DNA from: Escherichia phage vB_EcoM_PHB05 | Length of the DNA: 64,000 nt | Sequence record: NC_052652.1 | Reading direction: 5' to 3' (one strand) | Part shown: piece after piece, positions 9,193-18,601 of the stretch | Position numbering within the stretch: the stretch's first letter is position 1 | How the letters are laid out: each line of letters starts with the position of its first letter | Notes under the pieces: model-generated | What the model was told of the DNA's origin: nothing | Databases searched by the model: none | Seen by the model: the letters and a program-made list of their open reading frames with translations, nothing else | Translations under genes and position numbers: made by a program

Positions 9193-10308
9193 TTACTCTG
9201 CTGGTTCCCAAGTACCTGGAATCATCTTACGTACACGTACACCTGTTGGTTTAGTAGGTATTCCACCATCGGAAAACTCTTCATACTCAATCTCAACAAA
9301 TTTACCAATTAACATTTCGGCATTTTCTGCTTTACGATAGTTAATGGTTTCATCTGAATCCTTACGCATCAGGAATTCGACTACTTTACCATTTTCCATC
9401 TCGCCTGTCAATACCCCGTCACCATTTTTATCACGTTTTGCACTTACCACCTTAACTTCAAGCGTCTGCCGTGGTTTACGTTTAATAACATCATAAGAAC
9501 GTTTATCAAACTCGTAAACACCTTGTGCATTACGATAAACAACACCTTCAGCTTTCTCACGCAGAGCTTTTGCATAGAACGCATCAAACTGCTCTTGGTT
9601 TTCAATGTACTCTGTATGCACTACACAAATAAGTTCATCTAAACCTTTATCTTCAACAACTTCTTTTAGAGCAGCCAAAACTTCAACCCTCTTCTCAAAT
9701 GGTACAGATGGTACAGGAACATCATATACATAGTATTTAAGAAGCGGAGTGTTAGCATTATGCTTTTTCCACGCACTATTAATTTGTTGAAGGCTAAGGA
9801 CACCCAAACCAGCAAAAACTTCACCGTCAAGAGGATGACCAACTACTTCTTTAATGAAGGTTGGAATTTCTTTCCAGTGAGGTGGAAGTTTATATACTTC
9901 CCCAGCTTTAGATAAGCATTCACCTTGCATGTTAATCATTGAACGTAGACCATTCAATTTATACTGTGCATAACCTGGGAACAAAACACGATCAGCATAA
10001 TCTTTATAATCCTGACATTTCATGGGCGTGGAAGGAACATGGTTTTCAGCTTCCTCTTTTGTTTTATAGTACCCATTCTTAAGTTGTTTTGTCCATTTGG
10101 CAAGAGCTTCTATTTCAGCTTGTTCTTCTGCTGTTGTTTCATTTGAGCGACCAATATTTTTAGGTTCTGCCGTATAAGATTTGCTAGTAATCTTTCCACC
10201 TAATTGACCATGAGCAACAGTTACAACACTACCTTCGGTATAGACTGACCACTGTTTAATTTTACCTGTAGAAGTTTTACCATATAGTGTAGGATTAGTT
10301 TGTTTCAT
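9193..10308 (-). CDS. ATP-dependent DNA ligase
   Basis: Nucleotidyltransferase motif YKLNGLR (KxNG); internal ATG at 10308 preceded by GGAGG. Confidence 0.55.
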   Translation of the reverse strand: MKQTNPTLYGKTSTGKIKQWSVYTEGSVVTVAHGQLGGKITSKSYTAEPKNIGRSNETTAEEQAEIEALAKWTKQLKNGYYKTKEEAENHVPSTPMKCQDYKDYADRVLFPGYAQYKLNGLRSMINMQGECLSKAGEVYKLPPHWKEIPTFIKEVVGHPLDGEVFAGLGVLSLQQINSAWKKHNANTPLLKYYVYDVPVPSVPFEKRVEVLAALKEVVEDKGLDELICVVHTEYIENQEQFDAFYAKALREKAEGVVYRNAQGVYEFDKRSYDVIKRKPRQTLEVKVVSAKRDKNGDGVLTGEMENGKVVEFLMRKDSDETINYRKAENAEMLIGKFVEIEYEEFSDGGIPTKPTGVRVRKMIPGTWEPAE

Positions 10309-10498
10309 CTTTAACCTCCAGTTGCGAAAGAACCCATTTAGCCATTTCAATTTCACCGTGTAGTCTGCCTAGTTCATAGGCATCATCAATATTACCACCA
10401 GTGTAATCATCCACCATAAAGTAAGGATCTTCACTACTGTTAGGTGCGTTTGCAATTCTCGTTAGTTCTTCAATAAATGTCATAGTTACCCTTACCAA
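10295..10498 (-). CDS. hypothetical protein
   Basis: 67-aa ORF. Confidence 0.3.
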   Translation of the reverse strand: MVRVTMTFIEELTRIANAPNSSEDPYFMVDDYTGGNIDDAYELGRLHGEIEMAKWVLSQLEVKDETN

Positions 10499-10716
10499 TT
10501 ATACACAAGAGTTTGAATCTCTTCCATCAAGTCTTCAAGATCTGTATCAACGTATTCAGAAGATGTTGCCATAAAGTATGTAATCATTGTGAACCCTTCC
10601 GAAGAAAGGGCATCAAGGATATCATTAAACATATCTTCCATTTCAGTATTCTCACCAAATGAGAATAACATTTGTTGATCTTCGCTTACACCTTTAACAT
10701 AGATAGCTGTACTCAT
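10492..10716 (-). CDS. hypothetical acidic protein
   Basis: 74-aa ORF. Confidence 0.3.
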   Translation of the reverse strand: MSTAIYVKGVSEDQQMLFSFGENTEMEDMFNDILDALSSEGFTMITYFMATSSEYVDTDLEDLMEEIQTLVYNW

Positions 10717-10719
10717 ATA

Positions 10720-11040
10720 TTAATCCTTAAGACGTTCATTTAAATCTGCAATAACATCACCTAAATCTTCACATTCCAGTGTTAACTCTGAAACTTGTCC
10801 ACTCAAATAACAAACTTCTTCATTTAAATCTGAAATAATGTTTTCTAATGAATCTACTTGGTCATCATACGAACGTTTTGTTTCTTCAAGTTCTTCCGTA
10901 AGATCATTAATCAAACGGAGCAAAGATAAGATATAGCCGTCTCCTGTCTCGTTCCTCCACTCACTTCCGTAGCGATAAATAATAATTTCACCATTATCGA
11001 CTACTGTAAAATACTTACCTTCACCAGAATAAATTTCCAT
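10720..11040 (-). CDS. hypothetical protein
   Basis: 106-aa ORF. Confidence 0.35.
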   Translation of the reverse strand: MEIYSGEGKYFTVVDNGEIIIYRYGSEWRNETGDGYILSLLRLINDLTEELEETKRSYDDQVDSLENIISDLNEEVCYLSGQVSELTLECEDLGDVIADLNERLKD

Positions 11041-11049
11041 ACACTCTCC

Positions 11050-11454
11050 TTATTGTAGCTTAAGTGAACTGCGAAGACGTTTCTCTTGCTGATCACGAAT
11101 ATGTTGTGGAACCTCATGAATTGAGTCGTTACCGTGCCTATTTTCAACAACTAAGGAGATAACTTGATAACCAAACTCTTCAGCAAGAGTTAAATAAGGT
11201 TTAAGTTCTTTCTCTGTGGTTGAAGTGTTAGAGACAATAATCTTTTTAATATTAGATGCCATAGCATCACGAACAATACTCTGACACCATGCGTGTGCTT
11301 TACCTACATTCTCTGGCTTCCAATCGTAAACACCACTTTCTGTGTAATGATATTGATCTGCCTCACAGATAGGCCAATAACCTTCAGAAATAATTTCTGC
11401 TACTGTAGATTTACCTGCACCTGAAACACCACGTAAAATGATAAGTTGTTTCAT
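11050..11454 (-). CDS. P-loop kinase, polynucleotide kinase-like
   Basis: Walker A GVSGAGKST at N-terminus; start abuts stop of upstream ligase-like gene. Confidence 0.5.
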   Translation of the reverse strand: MKQLIILRGVSGAGKSTVAEIISEGYWPICEADQYHYTESGVYDWKPENVGKAHAWCQSIVRDAMASNIKKIIVSNTSTTEKELKPYLTLAEEFGYQVISLVVENRHGNDSIHEVPQHIRDQQEKRLRSSLKLQ

Positions 11455-12387
11455 TTAGCCTCCAAAGAAGTTTTCTATTTCTTTACGTCGCTCTTGTGGA
11501 TCTAAAGCAGCCCATTGAGTCTTAGTAAAGTTGTTTCGAAGCCATTCTAGCAAAGTATAATATTCTTCGTCAACAATTTGTTTAGCATTTTTTGGGTTGT
11601 CCCAAATCATATCCCACTTCTTATTGCCACCACGCATAAGGAATTTCTTAGCAAGATAATATGGTGACTTAATCTTTAACAGCAAGTTAAACGGATAGTT
11701 TGTTTCCCGAACAACAAACCCTTCGTGCTTACAATGTTTAGACATTTCAACAACATCTGAAAATTTAATCATCGGATAAACTTCAGGACGTTTAAATTTT
11801 GTAATAGATGCAATCCCATCAAGCACACCTTCGGGTAGCATGAAACTTGTCCCATCAAGATTTTGAATTCTTGCTCCAATTAAGTATGCGCCTGGTTCTT
11901 CTTCGACAATATGTGGATCAGAAGGATCACAGATTTCAAAAAGGAAAGTTGCTTTTGCACTTTCTGTCCACTTAATGAAATATTCTATGTCATCACACTC
12001 GGAAACAATATGGTTCTTGGCAAGAGTTGCAAAATCTGACTCTAGGCTCCCTGTTGTTGATACAATAAGTTGCCCTTTGTACACACCTACAGATGCCATA
12101 AAACCGTTTACTTTACGGACAGCATCTACAAGCTGGTCTGCTGGAAGATCTGTACCATTCTCAAAACGATTAAAGATTTTAGTAAAAGGCCAGATAACAA
12201 CATTGTCTTCTGAGTCAACAACCAACCCACGACAATCTAGGAGTCGTTTGTCAACGTTCCACAAGTTATCCCAGAATACATTGTTTTTGTATTTAAGTAC
12301 AGCAAGACCAGCATACTCTCCAGATTTAACTTCTTTTTTATGCACTAAACCTTTTGCAATCAGGTCATCACAATTGAACTTAGCCAC
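11455..12387 (-). CDS. RNA ligase-like nucleotidyltransferase
   Basis: Motifs RKVNG (I), EGFVV (IV), LLKIKSP (V); GTG start after AAGGAGA. Confidence 0.5.
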   Translation of the reverse strand: MAKFNCDDLIAKGLVHKKEVKSGEYAGLAVLKYKNNVFWDNLWNVDKRLLDCRGLVVDSEDNVVIWPFTKIFNRFENGTDLPADQLVDAVRKVNGFMASVGVYKGQLIVSTTGSLESDFATLAKNHIVSECDDIEYFIKWTESAKATFLFEICDPSDPHIVEEEPGAYLIGARIQNLDGTSFMLPEGVLDGIASITKFKRPEVYPMIKFSDVVEMSKHCKHEGFVVRETNYPFNLLLKIKSPYYLAKKFLMRGGNKKWDMIWDNPKNAKQIVDEEYYTLLEWLRNNFTKTQWAALDPQERRKEIENFFGG

Positions 12388-12388
12388 C

Positions 12389-12940
12389 TTAATCTCCTTT
12401 GATTATCTTATGATGGTCTACAACAACAATATCACGCTTATCCATAATAGAGATGATTTCGTCAAAATGCAAGATTTTTCCGTGTGCATCCCAACCAACA
12501 TCCAACATTTTCCCATACAAATGATCAGGGAATGATCCGTGAGAGTGCCCGTGTAGCATGATTGATCCATGCCCTTGTTTATTCCAAGCAGCCATAGGGT
12601 AATGACTTAAGACGAAGAACAGTTTCTGATATTTCACTTCGTCATAATACACCACCTCGCCATATTCTGCAAGCACTTCTCGGTGTTTGCTGTAATCATG
12701 GTTCCCAACACAGTAAGTGATATCACCTTGAAGACGTGAAGCAATTTTACGGGTATCTTCTTCAGTCCCGAAACAGAAGTCGCCCAAATGCCACATCTTG
12801 ACACCAGGACTCGTAGCACATTTATTCCATGCTTCAATCAGTGCTTCTGTCATATGCTCCATATCTTCCCACGGGCGATATTCAGGAGCAAACTCTCGAA
12901 TACGTTTGTGCATAAAATGCAAATCACTTGTAATAAACAT
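12389..12940 (-). CDS. calcineurin-like metallophosphoesterase
   Basis: SDLHF, GDFCFG, GNHD, GHSH metal-binding motifs. Confidence 0.65.
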   Translation of the reverse strand: MFITSDLHFMHKRIREFAPEYRPWEDMEHMTEALIEAWNKCATSPGVKMWHLGDFCFGTEEDTRKIASRLQGDITYCVGNHDYSKHREVLAEYGEVVYYDEVKYQKLFFVLSHYPMAAWNKQGHGSIMLHGHSHGSFPDHLYGKMLDVGWDAHGKILHFDEIISIMDKRDIVVVDHHKIIKGD

Positions 12941-13344
12941 TAGTATAATCCCTCGCTGAATAGTTCACTGTCGTGACCATTTCTTTCATAGTTAATTTGT
13001 TTGGCGTTATCTGCAATGATATAAGCATCTTTGCGACTCCACCAATTATAATATTGATCAATAAACCCTTGATTATCAGGTAAGCAAAACAGTTTATCGA
13101 TCAATCCTGCATCTTTTAAAACATTAAGTTGTGCAGATAGTACAGGATTTGCATGCCTAACACAAGGAATAATTAACTCTTCGCCATTGTTGAGAATATA
13201 CTTATTCGCAGCGCAGACTATAACACGTTGAGCATAGTGATCCTCACCAATCCAAGTAAGAGGTTGGTAACAAATATCATGTTGATTAGTAGCGCACATC
13301 AATTTTCTACATACTCTTCGTCTGTATGTATATCGTAAAAGCAA
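12940..13344 (-). CDS. hypothetical protein, translationally coupled to phosphoesterase
   Basis: Stop overlaps downstream start (TAATG). Confidence 0.35.
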   Translation of the reverse strand: MLLRYTYRRRVCRKLMCATNQHDICYQPLTWIGEDHYAQRVIVCAANKYILNNGEELIIPCVRHANPVLSAQLNVLKDAGLIDKLFCLPDNQGFIDQYYNWWSRKDAYIIADNAKQINYERNGHDSELFSEGLY

Positions 13345-13454
13345 TCTTCAAAAGTTGCAAGTGCTTTTTCTACATCGGGCCAATGGTTAGTGTGTTTGTA
13401 TATATAAAACCCATCCCCTTCATCTACCCAAATAACATAAAGCATAACACCTCC

Positions 13455-13829
13455 TTAATAGTTAACACGTTTAATTTCAACACCATAGGATGAAATAAAA
13501 TTTTCCTTGGCTAACATATATTTACCAGCAGCAGAAGGATTTGATGTATGAACATAGATAGTTTTAAGAGCATCCCATTCACCCGCGTACAACATACATT
13601 CTACGTCTAAGAACGCATGATATCCTTCTTGATCTTCTCCAAGATCATTATCGAAGTGTATCTCTGAGATATTATTGAAATTATCTTCATCTGAAACAAA
13701 AGATAACCAATCCTCAAAAGATTTTAACCAAATGGCATCCTCATAACCATAATCTTTAGGATCTCTTAAATCGTCTAACCAAAGAATTTTAGCCACTATC
13801 AACCCCCTTCCTGTTTCTCTTCTTTCCAA
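13455..13829 (-). CDS. hypothetical protein
   Basis: 124-aa ORF. Confidence 0.35.
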   Translation of the reverse strand: MERRETGRGLIVAKILWLDDLRDPKDYGYEDAIWLKSFEDWLSFVSDEDNFNNISEIHFDNDLGEDQEGYHAFLDVECMLYAGEWDALKTIYVHTSNPSAAGKYMLAKENFISSYGVEIKRVNY

Positions 13830-13990
13830 GTTTTACCATTATCTACCAACTTCTTAGAAACAGCAAATCTTTCTCCATTGATATAAAACAAATAAAGAAT
13901 AAAGGATTTTCCTATAGTTACAGTATCTACTACTTTTACACGCTTCACACCTTGCATGTATTTGGCTTTACCTGAATAAATAAGGAACAT
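13799..13990 (-). CDS. hypothetical protein
   Basis: 63-aa ORF. Confidence 0.25.
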   Translation of the reverse strand: MFLIYSGKAKYMQGVKRVKVVDTVTIGKSFILYLFYINGERFAVSKKLVDNGKTWKEEKQEGG

Positions 13991-14268
13991 TACTTATTCC
14001 TTTTGTTGTTGATCACATCTAAAGCTGTGTAAGGTTTGTTTGTACCGCTGTATTCAAGAATAATTGGTACATATTCATAGACCAACTCAAAAGTACCATA
14101 CATAGAATCTGCAACTGAAATAAGCATTTCAGTGCCTTTGTCGTTCTTAATTAATGAAAATCTTGCCCCTGGTTTATTGAGCACTTCATATTTCTTACCT
14201 GCTGTCAGCAAACCTGAATACCATTCATTTTGCACAACAGACAAACACTTCAGATAAGTTTTTCTCAT
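13990..14268 (-). CDS. hypothetical protein
   Basis: 92-aa ORF. Confidence 0.3.
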   Translation of the reverse strand: MRKTYLKCLSVVQNEWYSGLLTAGKKYEVLNKPGARFSLIKNDKGTEMLISVADSMYGTFELVYEYVPIILEYSGTNKPYTALDVINNKRNK

Positions 14269-14606
14269 TTCTTTTTGCTCCTTCTTTTAGGCTTCTCGTA
14301 TAAACCTAACACAGCCGATTCTTTTGCGCAAATAGGAACTGACTTCATTCCTCGTTTTTTAGCTTCTGGTAGATTCAAAACCCACCAGCCAAACCAGTAC
14401 AATTCATCTTCTGTGAAAGGATCTGCCATAGGATCTGCATCCCGTTCTTCAAATTTAGCAAGAGCTTCTTCTATCTTTTCTATTGGAGTATCAAAGACAA
14501 AAGCCTCTGTGTCAAATTTTTGTTTCTTAGGAGCGGCTTTTGCCGCCCCATCTTTAGATGCGCGCTTTGTTACGGATCGCTTCTTCGGTGTTTTCGCCAT
14601 CAACAA
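14265..14606 (-). CDS. hypothetical protein with Lys-rich basic N-terminus
   Basis: MAKTPKKRSVTKRASKDGAAKAAPKKQK basic tail. Confidence 0.35.
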   Translation of the reverse strand: MLMAKTPKKRSVTKRASKDGAAKAAPKKQKFDTEAFVFDTPIEKIEEALAKFEERDADPMADPFTEDELYWFGWWVLNLPEAKKRGMKSVPICAKESAVLGLYEKPKRRSKKK

Positions 14607-14793
14607 CCTCCATGCGGTGTAAGAAATCTTGCTGGAATCGCCAATACTGTTGACCAGTCCTTACATCTTCGTAGATCACAACAGGATCAAATACTTTAGA
14701 TACACCCGCTGGTTTAGGAAAGCCAACTACACGATATAAACCGCCTTTGCTAATACAAGAATATGTTACATCAGTTAAAATTTCTTTTTTCAT
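14554..14793 (-). CDS. hypothetical protein
   Basis: 79-aa ORF. Confidence 0.3.
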   Translation of the reverse strand: MKKEILTDVTYSCISKGGLYRVVGFPKPAGVSKVFDPVVIYEDVRTGQQYWRFQQDFLHRMEVVDGENTEEAIRNKARI

Positions 14794-14987
14794 TTCTTAA
14801 TAAACTCCAATACAGGTACGTGATCAGCAGTTAAAGTTACACAATTGTAACTTACCTTTTCAACTTCAGAGAATGCTTCAACCCATAGCAAGAAATTCTC
14901 TTTAGCTTCTTCATAATTCAATGTTGACTTAACAACATGGAACTCACCAAGGATTACTCTATAGATTGTTTGCATAGTTTGATTCAT
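14790..14987 (-). CDS. hypothetical protein
   Basis: 65-aa ORF. Confidence 0.3.
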   Translation of the reverse strand: MNQTMQTIYRVILGEFHVVKSTLNYEEAKENFLLWVEAFSEVEKVSYNCVTLTADHVPVLEFIKK

Positions 14988-15053
14988 TTATTTTTCCTTT
15001 GTTTAAAATGTGTTAAACAATCGCAAATGCTTGTTACGCACTTTGTGATCCCA

Positions 15054-15461
15054 CTAATTAACGTCAGCACTATGATTGTTGAGAGTATAGGATACTCCAT
15101 CGCCCAAGTCAACATGAATCTCAACTCCTAACTGTCTTTCTAATGGTAAACGTTTTGAGAATTGATAATTACAAAGTTTACAGTCTAAGTCAAGCAACTC
15201 ATGTTTGCTTAAACCTGCAACGATAACTTTGCTTCCGACTGTCCACTCAATGCCTTCAAAGTTATCTTTTCTTTTCAAAATGTCAAGTAAGAAGATGATT
15301 TGTTGCCATTCCGTAGATAAGTCTTCTTCATAGAAGGCAGAACAAAAAGTTTTATCATCGTAGAAAGCATACATTATGCCTCCATCTATTGTTTCACTTC
15401 TAACGTAACGTGTGACCCTCATTATTCCCTCCTGTATAGCTCTGTAACGAGCTAATAGCAC
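15054..15461 (-). CDS. hypothetical protein
   Basis: 135-aa ORF, first gene of leftward block. Confidence 0.35.
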   Translation of the reverse strand: MLLARYRAIQEGIMRVTRYVRSETIDGGIMYAFYDDKTFCSAFYEEDLSTEWQQIIFLLDILKRKDNFEGIEWTVGSKVIVAGLSKHELLDLDCKLCNYQFSKRLPLERQLGVEIHVDLGDGVSYTLNNHSADVN

Positions 15462-15553
15462 CTAAGATATGCAATCACCTTACCTCACAGTAAAACTCGT
15501 TACAATCGTTTTTAGGAGGTTCAGGTTGTACTTAAAAATAATCTAAAAAGGTG

Positions 15554-15582
15554 TTGACAAACGCAAAAAAGTATGCTACCCT
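15554..15582 (+). promoter_or_regulatory. sigma70-like promoter candidate TTGACA-N17-TACCCT
   Basis: Perfect -35 hexamer; weak -10. Confidence 0.3.
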
Positions 15583-15763
15583 AACCCCCGAAAAACGCCG
15601 AGCGCAGCGAGGGGGTGTTATCTAATCTTGTGATACATGATCTAACAGACAACTGAGTAGTCTACATATAGCACTATGTTATGTCTATAATACTAACATA
15701 CATGCTCTATACTAACAATAGATTATTTATTAATTTTATTATTAATTAAATAATAAATATCTA

Positions 15764-15792
15764 TTGACTTTAGATCTATCTGTATGTAGAGT
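15764..15792 (+). promoter_or_regulatory. sigma70-like promoter TTGACT-N17-TAGAGT upstream of prs
   Basis: Hexamers with 17-nt spacer about 40 nt before the prs start. Confidence 0.5.
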
Positions 15793-15831
15793 AGAGAACA
15801 TAAAGTCCTAACTCAACTAAGGAGATAAAGA

Positions 15832-16725
15832 ATGAAAGTTAGTATTCTGCATGGTGTTGACTGTTATGTTACTGATGTAGACGTTAAAGTGTTTACATTC
15901 TCTGGTGGAGAACAACATGTTCAATTAGATACGAATCTATCAGGTTTCAATCATGCTACAGACAGAATCTTACTCACTTTAGAAGTAAGATCTGCTAAAG
16001 ACTTGATGACTTTGGTTATGACTAAGAATGCATTGGACAATATGCTATATCATAAACCATATTGTGTTGATTTACTCATGTTGTATGTGCCGTATGCACG
16101 ACAAGACAGAGTGTGTGAGCCTGGGGAAGCATTCGGAGTTAAAGCATTTGCTTCTATAATTAATTCATTAAATTTCTCACGTGTTATCGTTGCTGATCCG
16201 CATAGTGATGTTACTCCAGCAGTGTTTGACAGACTCTGTGTAATACCTCAAGAAGAGATTGCTTACGAAACTTTAAAGTGGAAGTTACGTATGGAGAATT
16301 TTGCTCTTGTTAGCCCTGATGGTGGTGCTCTTAAGAAAATATTTAAATTATCTAAGAAAATGTCTTTAGATGTGTTCTGTGCAGAGAAGGTTAGAGATAC
16401 CGCAACAGGTGCTATTGTTCGTACAGACATTTCTGTACAGGATTTCAATAAGCGTAACCTGATGATCGTAGATGATATCTGTGATGGTGGTAGAACTTTT
16501 ATTGAATTGGCTAAAGTGCTACGTGCTCGTAACGCAGGTAAGATTGAGCTATATGTTACGCACGGTATCTTTTCTAAAGGTCTTAAAGAGTTAAGTGAGC
16601 ACTTTGACTGCATTCATTCTCTTAATGTGTGGGAAGATAACATCCAAGAAGATTCTGGTGTTCTTGTTAAGAATCAGTCAGATTTGCAACAACAAATTGT
16701 ATCTCCATACGTGTGGAATTTTTAA
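15832..16725 (+). CDS. prs: ribose-phosphate pyrophosphokinase (PRPP synthetase)
   Basis: LMLYVPYARQDR and PRPP-binding MIVDDICDGGRTF motifs; AAGGAGA RBS. Confidence 0.7.
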   Translation: MKVSILHGVDCYVTDVDVKVFTFSGGEQHVQLDTNLSGFNHATDRILLTLEVRSAKDLMTLVMTKNALDNMLYHKPYCVDLLMLYVPYARQDRVCEPGEAFGVKAFASIINSLNFSRVIVADPHSDVTPAVFDRLCVIPQEEIAYETLKWKLRMENFALVSPDGGALKKIFKLSKKMSLDVFCAEKVRDTATGAIVRTDISVQDFNKRNLMIVDDICDGGRTFIELAKVLRARNAGKIELYVTHGIFSKGLKELSEHFDCIHSLNVWEDNIQEDSGVLVKNQSDLQQQIVSPYVWNF

Positions 16726-16735
16726 ATAATAAGTG

Positions 16736-16764
16736 TTGACAATAGGGAGTATGCTTAGTAAGAT
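16736..16764 (+). promoter_or_regulatory. promoter TTGACA-N17-TAAGAT overlapping 8-bp inverted repeat
   Basis: Spacer/-10 region contains GGGAGTAT...ATACTCCC palindrome. Confidence 0.45.
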
Positions 16765-16796
16765 ACTCCCACATTAACAAACAAGGAGACATAACT

Positions 16797-18530
16797 ATGA
16801 ATATTTTTGCACCTTTTGCTACTGATTGGTACAAACCTGGTCACAAGCAGATGTACAACCAAAATACAAAACTTATTTTCTCTAATTTAACTCCTCGTAA
16901 TGATAAAAACTTTGCGCACTATGCAGATCGTGAAGCACGTGGTGTGATTGTTTTAGGTATTCGTCGAGCAGTCACTGATGCTCTTGTAACTATGTGGGAT
17001 AGCTTCTTTAAAATGTCTCGTAGTGCAGCAGTAAATAAATTTTATCGTATGTCTAAAAATGCATTAGGTGCTTCTGCTCCTTCTGCTGAATGTTGGGGAG
17101 AATTGCACGATTTAGGTTATCTTCCGCTGGAAGTTCGATCTCTGCCAGAGGGTGTTTTGTGTCCTATTGGTGTTCCTGTGTTTACTGTGCATAATACTTT
17201 AGAAAAATTCTTTTGGTTAACTAACTATGTGGAAACACTATTGTCAGATGAAACTTGGAAGACAATGACTAATGCCACAGCAGCTTTTCAGTATAAGCGT
17301 ATCGCTATGGCATATGCGATGGCAACGTGTGATAATATTGATCACGTTAACTTCCAGTGTCATGACTTTAGCCTACGTGGTTTAAGTAATATCGAAGATG
17401 GTTATAAGAGTGGTATCGCTCACTTGGCATCGTTCACAGGAACAGATAATATTCTGGCTATTGAAACTGTGCATGACTATTATGGTATTGATTATGATCA
17501 GTTTGTTGCAGGTTCGATTCCGGCAACAGAACATTCAGTAGCAACGACTAACATTGGAGCTATTGTTGAAGATCTGAAGAAACATTTCCCACATCTTAAA
17601 GATGATGTAGATGGGCTTCGTTATGTAGCAGAAAAAGAGTTTCTTCGTCGTTATATCGAAGAAATTGTTCCAGAAGGTTTTTGTTCATATGTAGCAGACT
17701 CTTATGACTATTGGGCTGTATTGACTCGCATTCTGGTAGAATTGAAAGATTCCATTATGTCACGAAATGGTCGTCTTGTTATTCGTCCAGATTCAGGAGA
17801 TCCGGTTAAAGTTGTTGCAGGATACAATGTTGAATCTTTTGATAACTATGAAGACCTCTTAAATAATGGTATTGCGACAGCCACTGAAGTAGTTCATTTG
17901 GCTGATGTTAATAAGTATTACAATGTTCTTCAGGATTGCAGTATTGCTGACTGTATTGATGAAACTTATGAGATTCCTTATTGTGAAGCAGTAGGTTCTA
18001 TTCAAATCCTTTGGGAAGTGTTTGGTGGTACTATCAACCGAAAAGGCTACAAGGTTCTTGATCAGCATATCGGTATGATTTATGGTGATTCTATTACTGT
18101 TGAACGAGAACACGAGATCTTACGCCGACTGAAGAAGAAAGGTTTTGCAGCTTCCAATATTGTATTTGGTGTTGGTAGTTATACTTATCAGTTCAATACA
18201 CGAGATACTTTTGGTTTTGCTGTTAAAGCAACAGGTAGTATCATCGGTGAACACGAAATTTTGGTAAGTAAGGAGCCTAAAACTGATCCTGGTAAACGCT
18301 CTGCAAAAGGTTTTATTAAGGTTGTTAAGGATACCAATGGTAATCTTTCTCTTGTAGATAATCTTTCTTTTAAAGATATCCAGGATGAAGACAATGAGTT
18401 ACAAGTTATCTTCAAGAATGGTAAGGTTATTACACCACAAGTAGAAGGTCGTGATGAAACATTCACTGATATCCGCAACCGTGTTGATGTAGAGGTTCTT
18501 CGTACTATGGGAACCATCCAGGTTGACTAA
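16797..18530 (+). CDS. nadV: nicotinamide phosphoribosyltransferase (Nampt/NadV)
   Basis: 577-aa ORF; N-terminus FAPFATDWYKPGHKQMY characteristic of the Nampt family; AAGGAGA RBS. Confidence 0.75.
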   Translation: MNIFAPFATDWYKPGHKQMYNQNTKLIFSNLTPRNDKNFAHYADREARGVIVLGIRRAVTDALVTMWDSFFKMSRSAAVNKFYRMSKNALGASAPSAECWGELHDLGYLPLEVRSLPEGVLCPIGVPVFTVHNTLEKFFWLTNYVETLLSDETWKTMTNATAAFQYKRIAMAYAMATCDNIDHVNFQCHDFSLRGLSNIEDGYKSGIAHLASFTGTDNILAIETVHDYYGIDYDQFVAGSIPATEHSVATTNIGAIVEDLKKHFPHLKDDVDGLRYVAEKEFLRRYIEEIVPEGFCSYVADSYDYWAVLTRILVELKDSIMSRNGRLVIRPDSGDPVKVVAGYNVESFDNYEDLLNNGIATATEVVHLADVNKYYNVLQDCSIADCIDETYEIPYCEAVGSIQILWEVFGGTINRKGYKVLDQHIGMIYGDSITVEREHEILRRLKKKGFAASNIVFGVGSYTYQFNTRDTFGFAVKATGSIIGEHEILVSKEPKTDPGKRSAKGFIKVVKDTNGNLSLVDNLSFKDIQDEDNELQVIFKNGKVITPQVEGRDETFTDIRNRVDVEVLRTMGTIQVD

Positions 18531-18601
18531 ATAAAAACTTCGTGATAAGATTAAGGTAAGGAGAGCCTACAACTGCCCTGGATGGGCTTCACGAAGGATT
18601 T

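Noticed and set aside
8942-9340. 132-aa plus-strand ORF
   Set aside because: Overlaps the DNA ligase and a small membrane protein gene on the opposite strand; no RBS; treated as spurious
11975-12535. 186-aa plus-strand ORF
   Set aside because: Antisense to the RNA-ligase-like and phosphoesterase genes, no RBS; the minus-strand genes have motifs and coupling, so this is a shadow ORF
16263-16613. 116-aa minus-strand ORF inside prs
   Set aside because: Internal antisense ORF within a well-supported enzyme gene
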